Below are positions 1 through 8,376 of a DNA stretch of 27,512 nucleotides, piece after piece. The DNA comes from a virus (Duplodnaviria; Caudoviricetes). The stretch covers positions 1 to 27,512 of the IMG/VR virus record IMGVR_UViG_3300037657_000253. One strand, given 5' to 3'. Below the pieces are notes generated by a model. The model was given only the letters and a program-made list of their open reading frames with translations. It made no database searches and was not told the DNA's origin. The first letter of the stretch is position 1, and each line of letters starts with the position of its first letter. Made by a program: the position numbers and the translations under genes.

Positions 1-168
1 CCTCTCTTTACTGACAACGCCTGGCGCACCAGAGGCAAGGCCGGCACCGGGCGAAGGTTTTGCCGCCAGCGCCGCGATCAGCCCCTCCACCTGCTCTTTC
101 AGCCATTCGATTTCCTTGTCCTTCTTTCCGCTTGCAACAGTCCAACTATAGTGGTAACTTCTGCGCAT
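1..168 (-). CDS. Divergent ORF running off the window edge; possible repressor-related peptide or remnant
   Basis: ATG at 168-166 with 56 open codons to the edge: MRRSYHYSWTVASGKKDKEIEWLKEQVEGLIAALAAKPSPG... It lies where the Mu repressor sits, but no HTH is visible. Confidence 0.35.
   Translation of the reverse strand, partial: MRRSYHYSWTVASGKKDKEIEWLKEQVEGLIAALAAKPSPGAGLASGAPGVVSKER
132..160 (+). promoter_or_regulatory. Putative sigma70 early promoter
   Basis: TTGCAA (132-137), 17 bp spacer, extended -10 TG-g-TAACTT (152-160) in an AT-rich patch upstream of an AGGAGG RBS. Confidence 0.55.
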
Positions 169-208
169 AAGTTGCGGGCAACCAGACAACACAATAGGAG
201 GTTATGAG

Positions 209-364
209 GTGAAAATCAAGAGCGCAAAAAAAAGGGTCAGGAGCGGCGAGGTGACGCGGATCGCCGCCGAGCTGGGCGTGACGAAGGGTCACGTCAGCCG
301 CTGCCTGCGGGGCTTGCGGTTCAGCGGGAGGGTCATGAGCGCGGCCAGAAGGAGGGCGTCATGA
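209..364 (+). CDS. Cro/Ner-like HTH regulator (51 aa, absent from the ORF track)
   Basis: GTG start after AGGAGG. MKIKSAKKRVRSGEVTRIAAELGVTKGHVSRCLRGLRFSGRVMSAARRRAS contains the HTH pattern IAxELGVxxxxVSRxLxG. First gene of the early operon. Confidence 0.8.
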   Translation: MKIKSAKKRVRSGEVTRIAAELGVTKGHVSRCLRGLRFSGRVMSAARRRAS

Positions 365-570
365 AGCGGGCGGGGTCGCGGGTTTCCACGGACAAGGACG
401 GGCGGGTCTGGATCAGCGACCGGCTGGCGATCCGGACGGAGGATGTACGCTCGTTGGTCGTTGACAGGATGCTTTTTGTGAACAACACGTATATCGACCT
501 GTCGGTTGACGAGCGGCGCGCTTTCCGGCTGGCGGTGCAAACCAAAGCCGAGAAGGGCGTGGAGGTATGA
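361..570 (+). CDS. Hypothetical early protein
   Basis: RBS GAAGGAGG, ATGA overlap with the upstream gene, 69 aa. Confidence 0.7.
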   Translation: MKRAGSRVSTDKDGRVWISDRLAIRTEDVRSLVVDRMLFVNNTYIDLSVDERRAFRLAVQTKAEKGVEV

Positions 571-764
571 GCATCTATTTTCCGTTCAAAGATCAAGCCT
601 TGCAAAAGCACGTGGAGTGGGCGAGGCAGGAGGCGGCGCTGAACGCCGTGGCCCGGGCGCTGGGGTGCTCGCGGCGGATAGTTTGGCTCGTTCTCTCCCG
701 CAAGAGCAAGCGCACTTTGCGGGTGCTGGAAAAGATGGGGTACGAGATGAAGGAGGCGGTATGA
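567..764 (+). CDS. Small HTH DNA-binding protein
   Basis: GGAGG RBS and ATGA overlap. LNAVARALGCSRRIVWLVLS is HTH-like. Confidence 0.7.
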   Translation: MSIYFPFKDQALQKHVEWARQEAALNAVARALGCSRRIVWLVLSRKSKRTLRVLEKMGYEMKEAV

Positions 765-943
765 GCAAGTCCGTTCACCCCCTGTTGCGCGAGTACGAGG
801 TGCCAGCGGCGCACATCCTCACGGCGTTCGAGGTGCTGTGCCAGAAGTCGCGCCGGGACGACGCGACGAAGGCGCGGCTCCTGAACGAGGTCGACGGCCT
901 GAAAAGGCGGCTGGCGAAGGCGGCCGGAAGGAGGGCGTCATGA
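761..943 (+). CDS. Hypothetical early protein (60 aa, MSKSVHPLL...)
   Basis: AAGGAGG RBS and ATGA overlap at 761. 3' part of track ORF 506..943. Confidence 0.7.
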   Translation: MSKSVHPLLREYEVPAAHILTAFEVLCQKSRRDDATKARLLNEVDGLKRRLAKAAGRRAS

Positions 944-1395
944 ACCGTTCCCTCCTGAGAGCCTGCCAGTGCGGCGGGCGCGCGGCGTGGTCGCCGGCGG
1001 GGAAGGCGGGCCGCAGGCGCGGACGGCCCTGGGCGCGGACGGAGCGCCTGGCGTGCCCGGCGTGCGGGAACGCGACGGGCTGGTGCGGCCTGGGGCCGGC
1101 CGCCAGGGAAGGCGAGCCGTTCGGGCCGGAGTGGCGCGGGCAGATGATGCGGATGGGCAAGGCCGACCTCGTGACGCTGTACGAGGCGCGCTGCAAGGAG
1201 GGTCTGGCGATGGAGGCGGCGGCGCGCGGAAAGCGCGAGAAGATCTCGGCGCTGGAGGAGGCGGTCGCACGGCTTCGCGTGTGGCGGACCCGGCGGGAGC
1301 TGGCGGCGGTGATCGACCGGCTGGTGCAGCGCGGGATCGTCGCGAAGGCGGACGCGGCCGGGGCGAAGAGCAAGCTCATGGAAAGTAATGGGTAA
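940..1395 (+). CDS. Zinc-ribbon plus coiled-coil early protein
   Basis: RBS and ATGA overlap at 940. CQCGG...CPACG cysteine pairs and a helical C-terminus. Confidence 0.65.
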   Translation: MNRSLLRACQCGGRAAWSPAGKAGRRRGRPWARTERLACPACGNATGWCGLGPAAREGEPFGPEWRGQMMRMGKADLVTLYEARCKEGLAMEAAARGKREKISALEEAVARLRVWRTRRELAAVIDRLVQRGIVAKADAAGAKSKLMESNG

Positions 1396-1420
1396 CAGGT
1401 AAGAGGTAATAGGCAGGAGG
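1384..1420 (+). repeat. Heptamer tandem repeat, GGTAAnA family
   Basis: agtaatg ggtaaca ggtaaga ggtaata ggcagga. Related arrays at 2100-2134 and 6841-6863. Confidence 0.8.
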
Positions 1421-1426
1421 TGCGGG

Positions 1427-1780
1427 ATGAGCGGGATCACGTGCGAGATGAAGTGCGCGGAGTGCGCGCGGGTGATGTGCACCGGGGCGAGGAAGCTGGC
1501 GGAGGAGGCCAGAGCCGGAAGCGGCTCCGCTCCGGATGCGGAGACGGGTAAGGCGGGGCACATGAAGGACCCGTGCGACCCGGCGACCCCGCCGGTTGTC
1601 GGATCGATGTGCATCGTGCTTACCGAAGACACCGAGGTGCCGCTGCGCACGGCTTACTGGTGCAGCGGAGTCTGGCGTGATCCGCACACGGCGCGGCCCC
1701 TGGTCCCCGGTGTGAAACGCTACTGCCTGATGGCAGAGGCTGTAGCCGTCCTGTGCGGCGCGGAAGGGGTCGGGCGATGA
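1427..1780 (+). CDS. Cys-rich hypothetical protein
   Basis: AGGAGG RBS. N-terminal CxxxCxxCxxxxC cluster. Confidence 0.6.
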   Translation: MSGITCEMKCAECARVMCTGARKLAEEARAGSGSAPDAETGKAGHMKDPCDPATPPVVGSMCIVLTEDTEVPLRTAYWCSGVWRDPHTARPLVPGVKRYCLMAEAVAVLCGAEGVGR

Positions 1781-2100
1781 ACGCTTTGACGGAATACAGG
1801 AGGCCGGGCGCGGCGTACCGGGCCGAGGCGGACAGGAGCCCGTGGCGGGCGCTGGGCGGCTGGCACCGGAGGGACGGCGGGGATTGGGCGCTGGTGTTCG
1901 CGAACAGCCACCGGCGGACCCTGGCGCGGCGGGCGGTGGTCTGCCTGGACAAGGGCGCGTGGGTCTGGCGGGTGGAGGAGTTCGACCTGCGCAGCCGCCG
2001 GGTGCGGCGGATCGCGAACCGGAGCGCGGCGGGCCGGTGGTACGTGAGCGCCTGGGCGGCGATGCCGTGGGCGGACGCGGCGGCGAGGACAAGTGATTAG
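1777..2100 (+). CDS. Hypothetical Trp/Arg-rich early protein
   Basis: ATGA overlap at 1777 (MNALTEYRR...), in the operon direction. Confidence 0.6.
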   Translation: MNALTEYRRPGAAYRAEADRSPWRALGGWHRRDGGDWALVFANSHRRTLARRAVVCLDKGAWVWRVEEFDLRSRRVRRIANRSAAGRWYVSAWAAMPWADAAARTSD

Positions 2101-2134
2101 GTAAGAGGTAATAGGTAGTAGGTAAGAGGTGAGG
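2100..2134 (+). repeat. Heptamer tandem repeat, GGTAAnA family
   Basis: ggtaaga ggtaata ggtagta ggtaaga ggtgagg. Confidence 0.85.
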
Positions 2135-2149
2135 AAGGAGGGTTGAGGC

Positions 2150-2356
2150 ATGGAGAAGAGGTACCGGGTGAAGAGCGTGCGGACGGGCCGGCGGCTGGAC
2201 TGCCGGATGGAGGGCGGCCGGCTGGTGGCGGGCCTGGCTCTTTACGGGGAGGTGAGGGCTTTCCCCAGGGCGCAGGCGCAGGCGCTGGCCTGCGTGTGGA
2301 TCGCGGCCGGGGGCGACGACAGCCTTGTGATCGAGGAGGCTGGCCATGACGCTTGA
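2150..2356 (+). CDS. Hypothetical protein
   Basis: RBS-like GAGG upstream. 68 aa, overlapping the next start. Confidence 0.6.
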   Translation: MEKRYRVKSVRTGRRLDCRMEGGRLVAGLALYGEVRAFPRAQAQALACVWIAAGGDDSLVIEEAGHDA

Positions 2357-2810
2357 ACAGATAACGTTGTTCGGGGTAAGGGGCGAGCGGGTGAGGATAC
2401 GGAAGCAGTCGCCGATCGCGAAGCTCGCGGTGGGCGATACGGTGGACTTCCACCTGCGGATCGGCGGGGACGTGACGAGCGCGGGACACAGGGTGCTGGA
2501 GGTGCAGCCGAGGCCAAACAACTTCGGCTGCGACGTGGCGCGGATCAGCGGCAAGTCCGGCTGGGTGGCGACGGCGGCGCTGACCAGGGCTGGCGGATCG
2601 CCCAACGCTCAAGGCGGAGCGTCCACGGAATGCGAACTGCTGATCCTGCTGGCCGCCGCGATCGCGTGCATCGTCCTCGCCGGGGCGATCGACCGGCGCG
2701 GGGTGCGGGTGCCGGTGGCGTGGCTGAAGGAGTACCCGGACCCGGTGTGCGAGCTGTGCGGGAAGGTTCTGGACGGGACAAGTGACGTGTGCTTAGAGGA
2801 GGTGGAGTGA
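2346..2810 (+). CDS. Hypothetical protein with TM segment and C-terminal CxxC
   Basis: GAGGAGG RBS, hydrophobic LLILLAAAIACIVLAG, and CELCG. Confidence 0.6.
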   Translation: MTLEQITLFGVRGERVRIRKQSPIAKLAVGDTVDFHLRIGGDVTSAGHRVLEVQPRPNNFGCDVARISGKSGWVATAALTRAGGSPNAQGGASTECELLILLAAAIACIVLAGAIDRRGVRVPVAWLKEYPDPVCELCGKVLDGTSDVCLEEVE

Positions 2811-3205
2811 TGGTCTACGTGCTGAAGATCGGGTATCTGAGTTTCGCGTTTCCGACGAGCCGCGGGCTGCAGACGGTCATGGACACGCTCGGCAAGGCCC
2901 GCGAGCTGAAGCGCGGATACCAGCCCGGGTATGACCAGCCCGAGGAGATGGAGCTGGAGGACAAGCCGGTGGCGGTGAGCATGCACTGCGTGCCGGGCGT
3001 GTCGTTCGTGAGCGGCGCGAAGAAGAGCCGGCGCGAGGTGATCGAGCCGGAGGTGATGCCGAGGGAGCGGGGCGAGAGCGACGCGGTGTTCGCGATGCGG
3101 GCGACGCGCCCCAGGGCCAAGCGGCCGAGCGTGTTTTCGGGTGACGGCGGCGGACGGCTGCTGCCGCAGTTTGAACGGATGCTGCTGGAGGAAGGAAAGA
3201 AATGA
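2810..3205 (+). CDS. Hypothetical protein
   Basis: GGAGG RBS and TGATG overlap at 2810 (MVYVLKIGY...). Confidence 0.65.
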   Translation: MVYVLKIGYLSFAFPTSRGLQTVMDTLGKARELKRGYQPGYDQPEEMELEDKPVAVSMHCVPGVSFVSGAKKSRREVIEPEVMPRERGESDAVFAMRATRPRAKRPSVFSGDGGGRLLPQFERMLLEEGKK

Positions 3206-4068
3206 AGAAGGCTGTTGATCTTGAAAAGAAACCGTGCGCCCACGCGGACAAGAAGGGGCGGTGCGCGAATCCGGAGAACAACGGGCAGGGACGCACGTGC
3301 TTCGGGTGCGAGGATTATCGGGAGGAGGGGAAGAACGCCGAACGCCGAACGCCCAACGCTCAACTCTCAACGGGGAAGGGGACCACGGGCGGGACGCCCG
3401 TGCCACAAGCTTCGCAGGCCGGCGCGTGCGCGTGCGAAGGGGAGGAGGGGCCGGACGTGACGGCGGAGGAGGTCGTAAGGGCTTACGTGGACGCGGTTAA
3501 CGGGGTGCTCGCGGTGATCCGGTTCGGGGCTATGCTGCTGGTGAAGGACATGAGTCTCACACGTGAGACTCATCAAGGAGGCTGCTGCCAGACGGGCGAC
3601 ACCCTGAAGGCGTGGCTGCAGGCGAACGCGCCGGACGTGAACTACAAGACGGCGATGCGGATGAAGGGGACGGCGGAGGCGGTGTGCGCGGGGCTGGGCG
3701 TGGCGGCCGGGCTGCTCTTGCGGGCGCTGGGCCCGGACGTGAAGGCGCTGGAGGAGGAGGAGATCTACGTGCGGGAGCGCCTCATCGAGATCGTGCACGG
3801 GAAGAGCGAGCGCAGCCTGGTGCTGTGGCTCAAAGGCGGGGCGCCCGCGCTGACCGAAGGCAAGGATGCCGAGGACGCGGGCAAGGCGGACGAGCTGGCG
3901 CTGGACGCGGCGCGGAAGTTCGGACGGCTGGCGTCGGACGCGCTCAAGTGCCTGGACCGGCGGCAGCAGACGGAGCTGCGCAAGGTGCTGGCCAAGGAGC
4001 TGCGGAGGGAGCTGGGGCCGAAGGGGCTGGTGTGGCTGGCCGCGGTGATCGAAGAAGCCGAGGGATAA
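3202..4068 (+). CDS. DUF3102-like phage protein with N-terminal Cys cluster
   Basis: GDTLKAWLQANAPDVNYKTAMRMK resembles the DUF3102 helical motif. Lies directly upstream of the transposase. Confidence 0.55.
   Translation: MKKAVDLEKKPCAHADKKGRCANPENNGQGRTCFGCEDYREEGKNAERRTPNAQLSTGKGTTGGTPVPQASQAGACACEGEEGPDVTAEEVVRAYVDAVNGVLAVIRFGAMLLVKDMSLTRETHQGGCCQTGDTLKAWLQANAPDVNYKTAMRMKGTAEAVCAGLGVAAGLLLRALGPDVKALEEEEIYVRERLIEIVHGKSERSLVLWLKGGAPALTEGKDAEDAGKADELALDAARKFGRLASDALKCLDRRQQTELRKVLAKELRRELGPKGLVWLAAVIEEAEG
3334..3371 (+). repeat. Heptamer tandem repeat, AACGCTC family (within CDS)
   Basis: aacgccg aacgccg aacgccc aacgctc aactctc aac. Confidence 0.8.
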
Positions 4069-4098
4069 CTAACAGCTAACAGCTAACAGTTAATAGTT
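4067..4098 (+). repeat. Heptamer tandem repeat AGCTAAC upstream of the transposase
   Basis: aactaac agctaac agctaac agttaat agtt. Confidence 0.8.
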
Positions 4099-4124
4099 GG
4101 GATGCGGGAGAGAGGGAGGCGGGC

Positions 4125-5828
4125 ATGATGCGGAAGATGGACGCGGAGGGGGCGCTGGCGGTGGCCGAGAGCCACGTGTCGGCGGGCATGAGCGAGGGCT
4201 TCGCGGCGAAGGCGGCTGGGATCTCGGCGGCGACGTTCAAGAGGTGGCGGCAGCGGGCCGAGGCGGGCAAGCCGCTCAAGGACTACTCGGGCAGCGGCCG
4301 GCCGCCGAGCTGCGAGGTGTGCGAGGCGGACGCGGCGGTGCTGCGGTCTTACGTGATCCGGGCGAACGTGGGGCGGCGGCGCGTGAGCGCGGCGGGCGGC
4401 TGCAGGCTGGCGGCGATGGACCCGGACAGCGGCCTGTCCGAGGCCTTGCGGGGGGCGATCCTCAAGCCGCGGGCCGACCCGTCGGCGCTGCCCAGGCCGG
4501 TGCTGCAGGCGGTGCGCGAGGTCTCCGCGCCCGCGGTGGTCGGCCGCTACCGGGACGCCAGGGACGGGCTCAACAACGGGCTGTACGCGCCGGGCTACCT
4601 GCGCTGCCCGGAGGACGCGATCCACCGCAGGTTCAGGCCGCTGGAGCGCACGGTGTGGGACGACGGGTCGACCAACTTCCTCTTCTGGGTTCCGTGGGAG
4701 CGCGGCGGGGACCGGTGCAGCGACCGCTTCGGCGTGCGCCTGGTGCGCGGGCAGATGCTGGCCTGCATCGACTCGGGGAGCGGGCACTGCGTGCACTACA
4801 GTTTCGTGGTGAGGGAGCGCGACAGCTACACGGCGGGCGACGTGTGCGCGGCGCTGGGCGCGGCGTGGGCGGCGCACGGCGTGCCGGCCGGCACGGTGAT
4901 GGAGGGCGGGAGCTGGCAGGCCGCGCGGACGATGGAGCTGTGCAGGCGCGGAGGGTCTGACGTGGTGAGCGCGAAAGGCAGGCCGATCCAGAAGCTGGTG
5001 GAGCGGTTCTTCGGGAACGTATGGACGGCGCACGCGGGGCTGTGTCCGGACGGGCACATCGGCCGCTTCCGGGGGGAGACGTGGAAGGAGAGCAAGGATT
5101 CGCAGGCGTGCAGGGACGGCCGGCTCGACCCGCGCAAGGCGTTCCCCTGCATGACCGCGTTCCTCGGGGGGCTTGACCGGTCGGTCGACATCGCGAACCG
5201 GACGGAAATCAACAGCAAGACGTACGGGCGCTGGACGCCGTGCGAGCGGTTCGCGGCCGAGGAGCCGGCCAGCCACCGGCTGCCGACGGGCCTTGAGCGG
5301 CTGACGCTGCCCGTGATCGAGCAGCGGACGGTGAAGCGCGGCGGCATGGTGACGGTGCGGGCGGCGAACGCGGCGGGCGTGGACTGGGAGTTCGCGTTCG
5401 CCGTGGCGGACGGGCACAAATGGGACGGGGCGCGGGTGAGCGTGGCGTTCGACCCGCGCTTCCCGGAGCGGGGCGCGGACGTGCGGCTCTCAGGAAAGCA
5501 GGCGCACGGGCCGGACTTCCTCCTGGTGGACGCCGAGGCTGCGAGCATGGGGCCGGCGCCGGTGCTGGACGCGGCCGGGCCGGCGTGGTCGCTCAGGTGG
5601 TTCGACAGCCGCGAGCAGGCGCGGGAGGCCAAGGCGCGGGCGCGGGCCGCGGTGCTGACCGTGGCGCGCAGCGCGGACAGCCGCGGGCGGATGACGCCGG
5701 CGAGGACGGAGGACGGAGACCGGAGGCCGGAGGACGGCGGGCGGAGGCCGGAGGTCGAGAAGGCGGCGGAACTGGCGTGGCCGGAGCCGAAGGCTGAGGC
5801 CGGGGAGCTGATGGATTTGTTCGCGTGA
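4125..5828 (+). CDS. MuA-like DDE transposase
   Basis: N-terminal HTH (AAKAAGISAATFKRW). RNase H-fold motifs TVWDD...MLACIDSGS...VMEGGSW...QKLVERFFG. Mu-type C-terminal beta domain (RTVKRGGMV...VSVAFDP). Adjacent to MuB. Confidence 0.88.
   Translation: MMRKMDAEGALAVAESHVSAGMSEGFAAKAAGISAATFKRWRQRAEAGKPLKDYSGSGRPPSCEVCEADAAVLRSYVIRANVGRRRVSAAGGCRLAAMDPDSGLSEALRGAILKPRADPSALPRPVLQAVREVSAPAVVGRYRDARDGLNNGLYAPGYLRCPEDAIHRRFRPLERTVWDDGSTNFLFWVPWERGGDRCSDRFGVRLVRGQMLACIDSGSGHCVHYSFVVRERDSYTAGDVCAALGAAWAAHGVPAGTVMEGGSWQAARTMELCRRGGSDVVSAKGRPIQKLVERFFGNVWTAHAGLCPDGHIGRFRGETWKESKDSQACRDGRLDPRKAFPCMTAFLGGLDRSVDIANRTEINSKTYGRWTPCERFAAEEPASHRLPTGLERLTLPVIEQRTVKRGGMVTVRAANAAGVDWEFAFAVADGHKWDGARVSVAFDPRFPERGADVRLSGKQAHGPDFLLVDAEAASMGPAPVLDAAGPAWSLRWFDSREQAREAKARARAAVLTVARSADSRGRMTPARTEDGDRRPEDGGRRPEVEKAAELAWPEPKAEAGELMDLFA
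5704..5754 (+). repeat. Heptamer tandem repeat GGMCGGA in the transposase 3' end
   Basis: ggacgga ggacgga gaccgga ggccgga ggacggc gggcgga ggccgga. Confidence 0.75.
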
Positions 5829-5839
5829 GGCGCGGAGAA

Positions 5840-5877
5840 GGCTGTTAGGCTGAAGGCTGTTAGGCTGTTAGGCTGAA
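5840..5877 (+). repeat. GGCTGTTA/GGCTGAA 7-8-mer tandem repeat
   Basis: ggctgtta ggctgaa ggctgtta ggctgtta ggctgaa. Confidence 0.85.
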
Positions 5878-5907
5878 GAGGGAAACGAAACGGAAAGGGG
5901 TAGAGAG

Positions 5908-6831
5908 ATGAACGGTGAAGGAGTGAAGAGGTACTGGGAGGAGGCGGCGCGGCGCGGGCTGAGCCTGCGGGCCGCGGCGAAGGCGGCGGGGCTGGACGGC
6001 TCGACGCTGTGCCGGGCGCTGAAGGGCACTTACGCCGGCGACGCGGCGGCAGTGGAGGCGAAGTGCGCCCGGGCGCTGGACGCGATGTCCGGACCGGCGG
6101 TGATCCAGACGAGCGTGGTGGCCGGGTGCCGGGCGGTGTGCGCGGCGGCGTTCGCGGCCCGCGAGATCGGTATGGTGTGGGGTCCCACGCAGAGCGGCAA
6201 GACCACGGCGCTGGAGCAGTGCTGCCGCGAGAGCGGCGAGTACCGCATGTTCCGGTTCCCGGCCACGGCGGGCACGGGCGCGCTGGCCGAGGAGATCGCC
6301 CGGGCGTACGGCGTGACAACGGACGGCGCGGGTTTCCGGGAGAACCGGCGGCGGATCATGGACGCGGCGCGCGACACGCTGCTCATCGCGGACGAGGTTC
6401 ACGAGGCGTTCGCGGCCCACGGCCACGGCGCGGCGGTGCGCGAGCTGGAGTTCATCCGCGAGATCTACGACCGCACCGGCTGCGGCGTGGTGCTGTGCGG
6501 CACCGAGGCGCTGCCGCGCTCCTTCGGCTCCAACCAGTTCGCGGCGGTGCTGCGGCAGACGCTGGAGCGCGGGCTGGTGCGCAAGGCGTTCGGCGGGCGG
6601 CCGGCCTGGCGCGACGTGACGGCGGCGGCGCGGCACCACGGCATCGCGGAGGCGCTCGACGATGCCGCCTCGAAGCAGTGGCAGGCGCGGCTCAAGGGCA
6701 TGAGCTTCGGGGCCGTGTGCCGCCTGCTGCGGTCGGCGGCGCACATGGCGGGCAAGCGCGGCAGGCCCATGGCCTGGGAGCGCGTGGCCGAGGCGCTGGC
6801 CACGCTGGACCAGTTCGCCGCCGCGGAATAG
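5908..6831 (+). CDS. MuB-like transposition AAA+ ATPase
   Basis: N-terminal HTH (SLRAAAKAAGLDGSTLCRALKGTYAGD), Walker A GPTQSGKT, Walker B LLIADE, and LEFIREIYDRTGCGVVLCGT. Confidence 0.92.
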   Translation: MNGEGVKRYWEEAARRGLSLRAAAKAAGLDGSTLCRALKGTYAGDAAAVEAKCARALDAMSGPAVIQTSVVAGCRAVCAAAFAAREIGMVWGPTQSGKTTALEQCCRESGEYRMFRFPATAGTGALAEEIARAYGVTTDGAGFRENRRRIMDAARDTLLIADEVHEAFAAHGHGAAVRELEFIREIYDRTGCGVVLCGTEALPRSFGSNQFAAVLRQTLERGLVRKAFGGRPAWRDVTAAARHHGIAEALDDAASKQWQARLKGMSFGAVCRLLRSAAHMAGKRGRPMAWERVAEALATLDQFAAAE

Positions 6832-6840
6832 GCGGGGAGA

Positions 6841-6863
6841 AGTAAGAGGTAACAGGTAATAGG
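6841..6863 (+). repeat. Heptamer tandem repeat, GGTAAnA family
   Basis: agtaaga ggtaaca ggtaata gg. Confidence 0.75.
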
Positions 6864-6882
6864 TTTGGAAGGAGACGAGGCG

Positions 6883-7029
6883 ATGAAGATCACGATCAAG
6901 AGGAAAGGCAAGGGGGCCGTGATGCGGATCACGGCGGAGAACAAGCGGGACCAGAGGCTTCTGGCCGGGGCGATCCGGAAGGGGCTGGGCATCAAGGCGG
7001 ATGAGAAGGAAGGAGGCGACGGCAAATGA
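6883..7029 (+). CDS. Small basic hypothetical protein (48 aa, absent from the ORF track)
   Basis: MKITIKRKGKGAVMRITAENKRDQRLLAGAIRKGLGIKADEKEGGDGK. RBS upstream; its stop overlaps the ATG at 7026. Confidence 0.6.
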   Translation: MKITIKRKGKGAVMRITAENKRDQRLLAGAIRKGLGIKADEKEGGDGK

Positions 7030-7652
7030 GCGAGGCGAAGAAGATTCCGGAGGGGTACATGGAGAACGGGCTGGGGCACCTGGTGCCCGTGGCGAACGTC
7101 CCGGCGCTGGACGTGCTGCGCAACGAGACGGTGCGCGGTCTGGTGGAGCGGGCCGAGCAGGTCGGCCGGGCCGTGGCGGAGTTCAGGGCGCTGGCAGCGG
7201 CGCGCGTGGCGGAGTTCTGCGAGATGAGCGCGTCGGCCTACGGCGTGGAGCTGGGCGGAGAGAAGGGCAACGTGACGATCGTGTCCTTCGACGGCAGCAT
7301 GAAGGTGGTGCGGTCGCGGGCCGACGAGATCGCCTTCACCGAGGAAGTGCGCGTCACCCGCGAGCTGTGCTTCCGCTGCATCGAGAAATGGAGCGCGGGC
7401 GCCAACGCCAACCTCGCCACGCTGGTGCGCAAGAGCTTCGAGACGGACAAGGACGGGCACCTCTCCGCGTCGAAGATCCTGAGCCTGCGCTCCTACGAGA
7501 TCACCGGGGACGCGGACTGGGACGCGGCGATGGCGGCTCTCGACGGCGCGATCCAGGTGATCGGCAGCCGCCAGTACGTGCGGTTCTACCGGCGCGGCCC
7601 GGACGGCAAATACGCGCAGGTCGGCGTGGACTGCGGGAAGGGGGGCGCATGA
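7026..7652 (+). CDS. DUF3164-family Mu-like phage protein
   Basis: IPEGYMENGLGHLVP, GGEKGNVTIVSFDG, FETDKDG and SRQYVRFYRR are motifs typical of DUF3164 in Mu-like phages. Confidence 0.85.
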   Translation: MSEAKKIPEGYMENGLGHLVPVANVPALDVLRNETVRGLVERAEQVGRAVAEFRALAAARVAEFCEMSASAYGVELGGEKGNVTIVSFDGSMKVVRSRADEIAFTEEVRVTRELCFRCIEKWSAGANANLATLVRKSFETDKDGHLSASKILSLRSYEITGDADWDAAMAALDGAIQVIGSRQYVRFYRRGPDGKYAQVGVDCGKGGA

Positions 7653-7882
7653 GAACGAGCTGGGGCGACCTCGTGCGGGCCAAGCTGGGCATGACCAAGG
7701 GCGACGTGTTCAGCGTGCCCGACGCGGCGGAGCTGCTCGGGATCAGCGACGCGACCCTGCGCGGGATGGTCCGCTCCGGGAACTGCTCGGCGACCGACGT
7801 GCGCCTGGACGGCAAGGCGCTCTGGCGTTTGACCCGCGCCGACATCCTGGCGTATGTCGACAAGGTGGAGGCCCGCGCTTGA
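7649..7882 (+). CDS. HTH_17 (excisionase/MerR-like) DNA-binding protein
   Basis: FSVPDAAELLGISDATLRGMVRSG...WRLTRADILAY. ATGA overlap at 7649. Confidence 0.8.
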   Translation: MRTSWGDLVRAKLGMTKGDVFSVPDAAELLGISDATLRGMVRSGNCSATDVRLDGKALWRLTRADILAYVDKVEARA

Positions 7883-7907
7883 CGCCAAACGTCCAAAGGT
7901 CTAATCT
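7879..7907 (+). promoter_or_regulatory. Putative sigma70 promoter of the antirepressor cassette
   Basis: TTGACG (7879-7884), 17 bp spacer, TAATCT (7902-7907). Confidence 0.7.
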
Positions 7908-7962
7908 GTTGGCAACTTCCGTCCAAGAGGTTACTGATAGAACTAGGCCTTCTGATCATTTT

Positions 7963-8043
7963 CGGGGCCGTATGCGTTGCGCTTCGGCGCAGGGTGTGTT
8001 CTGTCACATCCTCTTGGACGGACGCATGCGGCCCCGTTTTTTT
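7963..8043 (+). ncRNA. C4/CI-like antisense RNA
   Basis: Closing stem 7963-7977/8022-8036 (15 bp, one G-U). UUCG hairpin 7978-7991. Hairpin 7992-8011 with loop TTCTGT. Unpaired TCTTGGACGG at 8012-8021 and a T7 tail. Complementary targets lie both upstream and downstream. Confidence 0.8.
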
Positions 8044-8100
8044 GTACCCGTGTCCAAGCGGGGGAAGCGGGGCCAGTCACAGTCAAAGGAACAGAACCTT

Positions 8101-8376
8101 ATGACACTGAACGGATTCAGCGGCGGACTCATGACCGTCGCCTTCGACGCCTTCGAGCTCGCGCTCCTGGGCGACGCCCTCAAGAACGGCAACAAGGAAG
8201 ACGAGCCCCTCGGGGCATGCCAGTGGCGGCACACCGCCGGCGGCTTCTTCCTCATGGCATCCCTCGCGTCCCGCCTCGCCGACCTGCCCAAGGGCGCGTC
8301 CGAGGTCCGCGATTTCATCGCGCACGAACCGCAAGACACACGTAAGGAGTTCTTCCATGAAACAACTGAGTGCTGA
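8101..8376 (+). CDS. Small protein at the icd-equivalent position of the antirepressor operon
   Basis: AAGGA RBS and ATG at 8101, directly after antisense target b2. 91 aa, overlapping the Bro-N gene. Function inferred from position only. Confidence 0.6.
   Translation: MTLNGFSGGLMTVAFDAFELALLGDALKNGNKEDEPLGACQWRHTAGGFFLMASLASRLADLPKGASEVRDFIAHEPQDTRKEFFHETTEC

Noticed and set aside
226-233. A8 tract in the Cro/Ner-like gene as a phase-variation switch
   Set aside because: It is short, in frame and explained by Lys codons. The sequence alone shows no variation.
7963-8043. Cloverleaf-like structure as a tRNA or a simple terminator
   Set aside because: It has no D or T-loop consensus, anticodon arm or CCA. 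The paired upstream and downstream complementary targets fit a C4-like RNA better.
7879-8100. N-terminal extension of track ORF 7879..8376
   Set aside because: It runs through the promoter and structured RNA. The RBS-supported start is at 8101.
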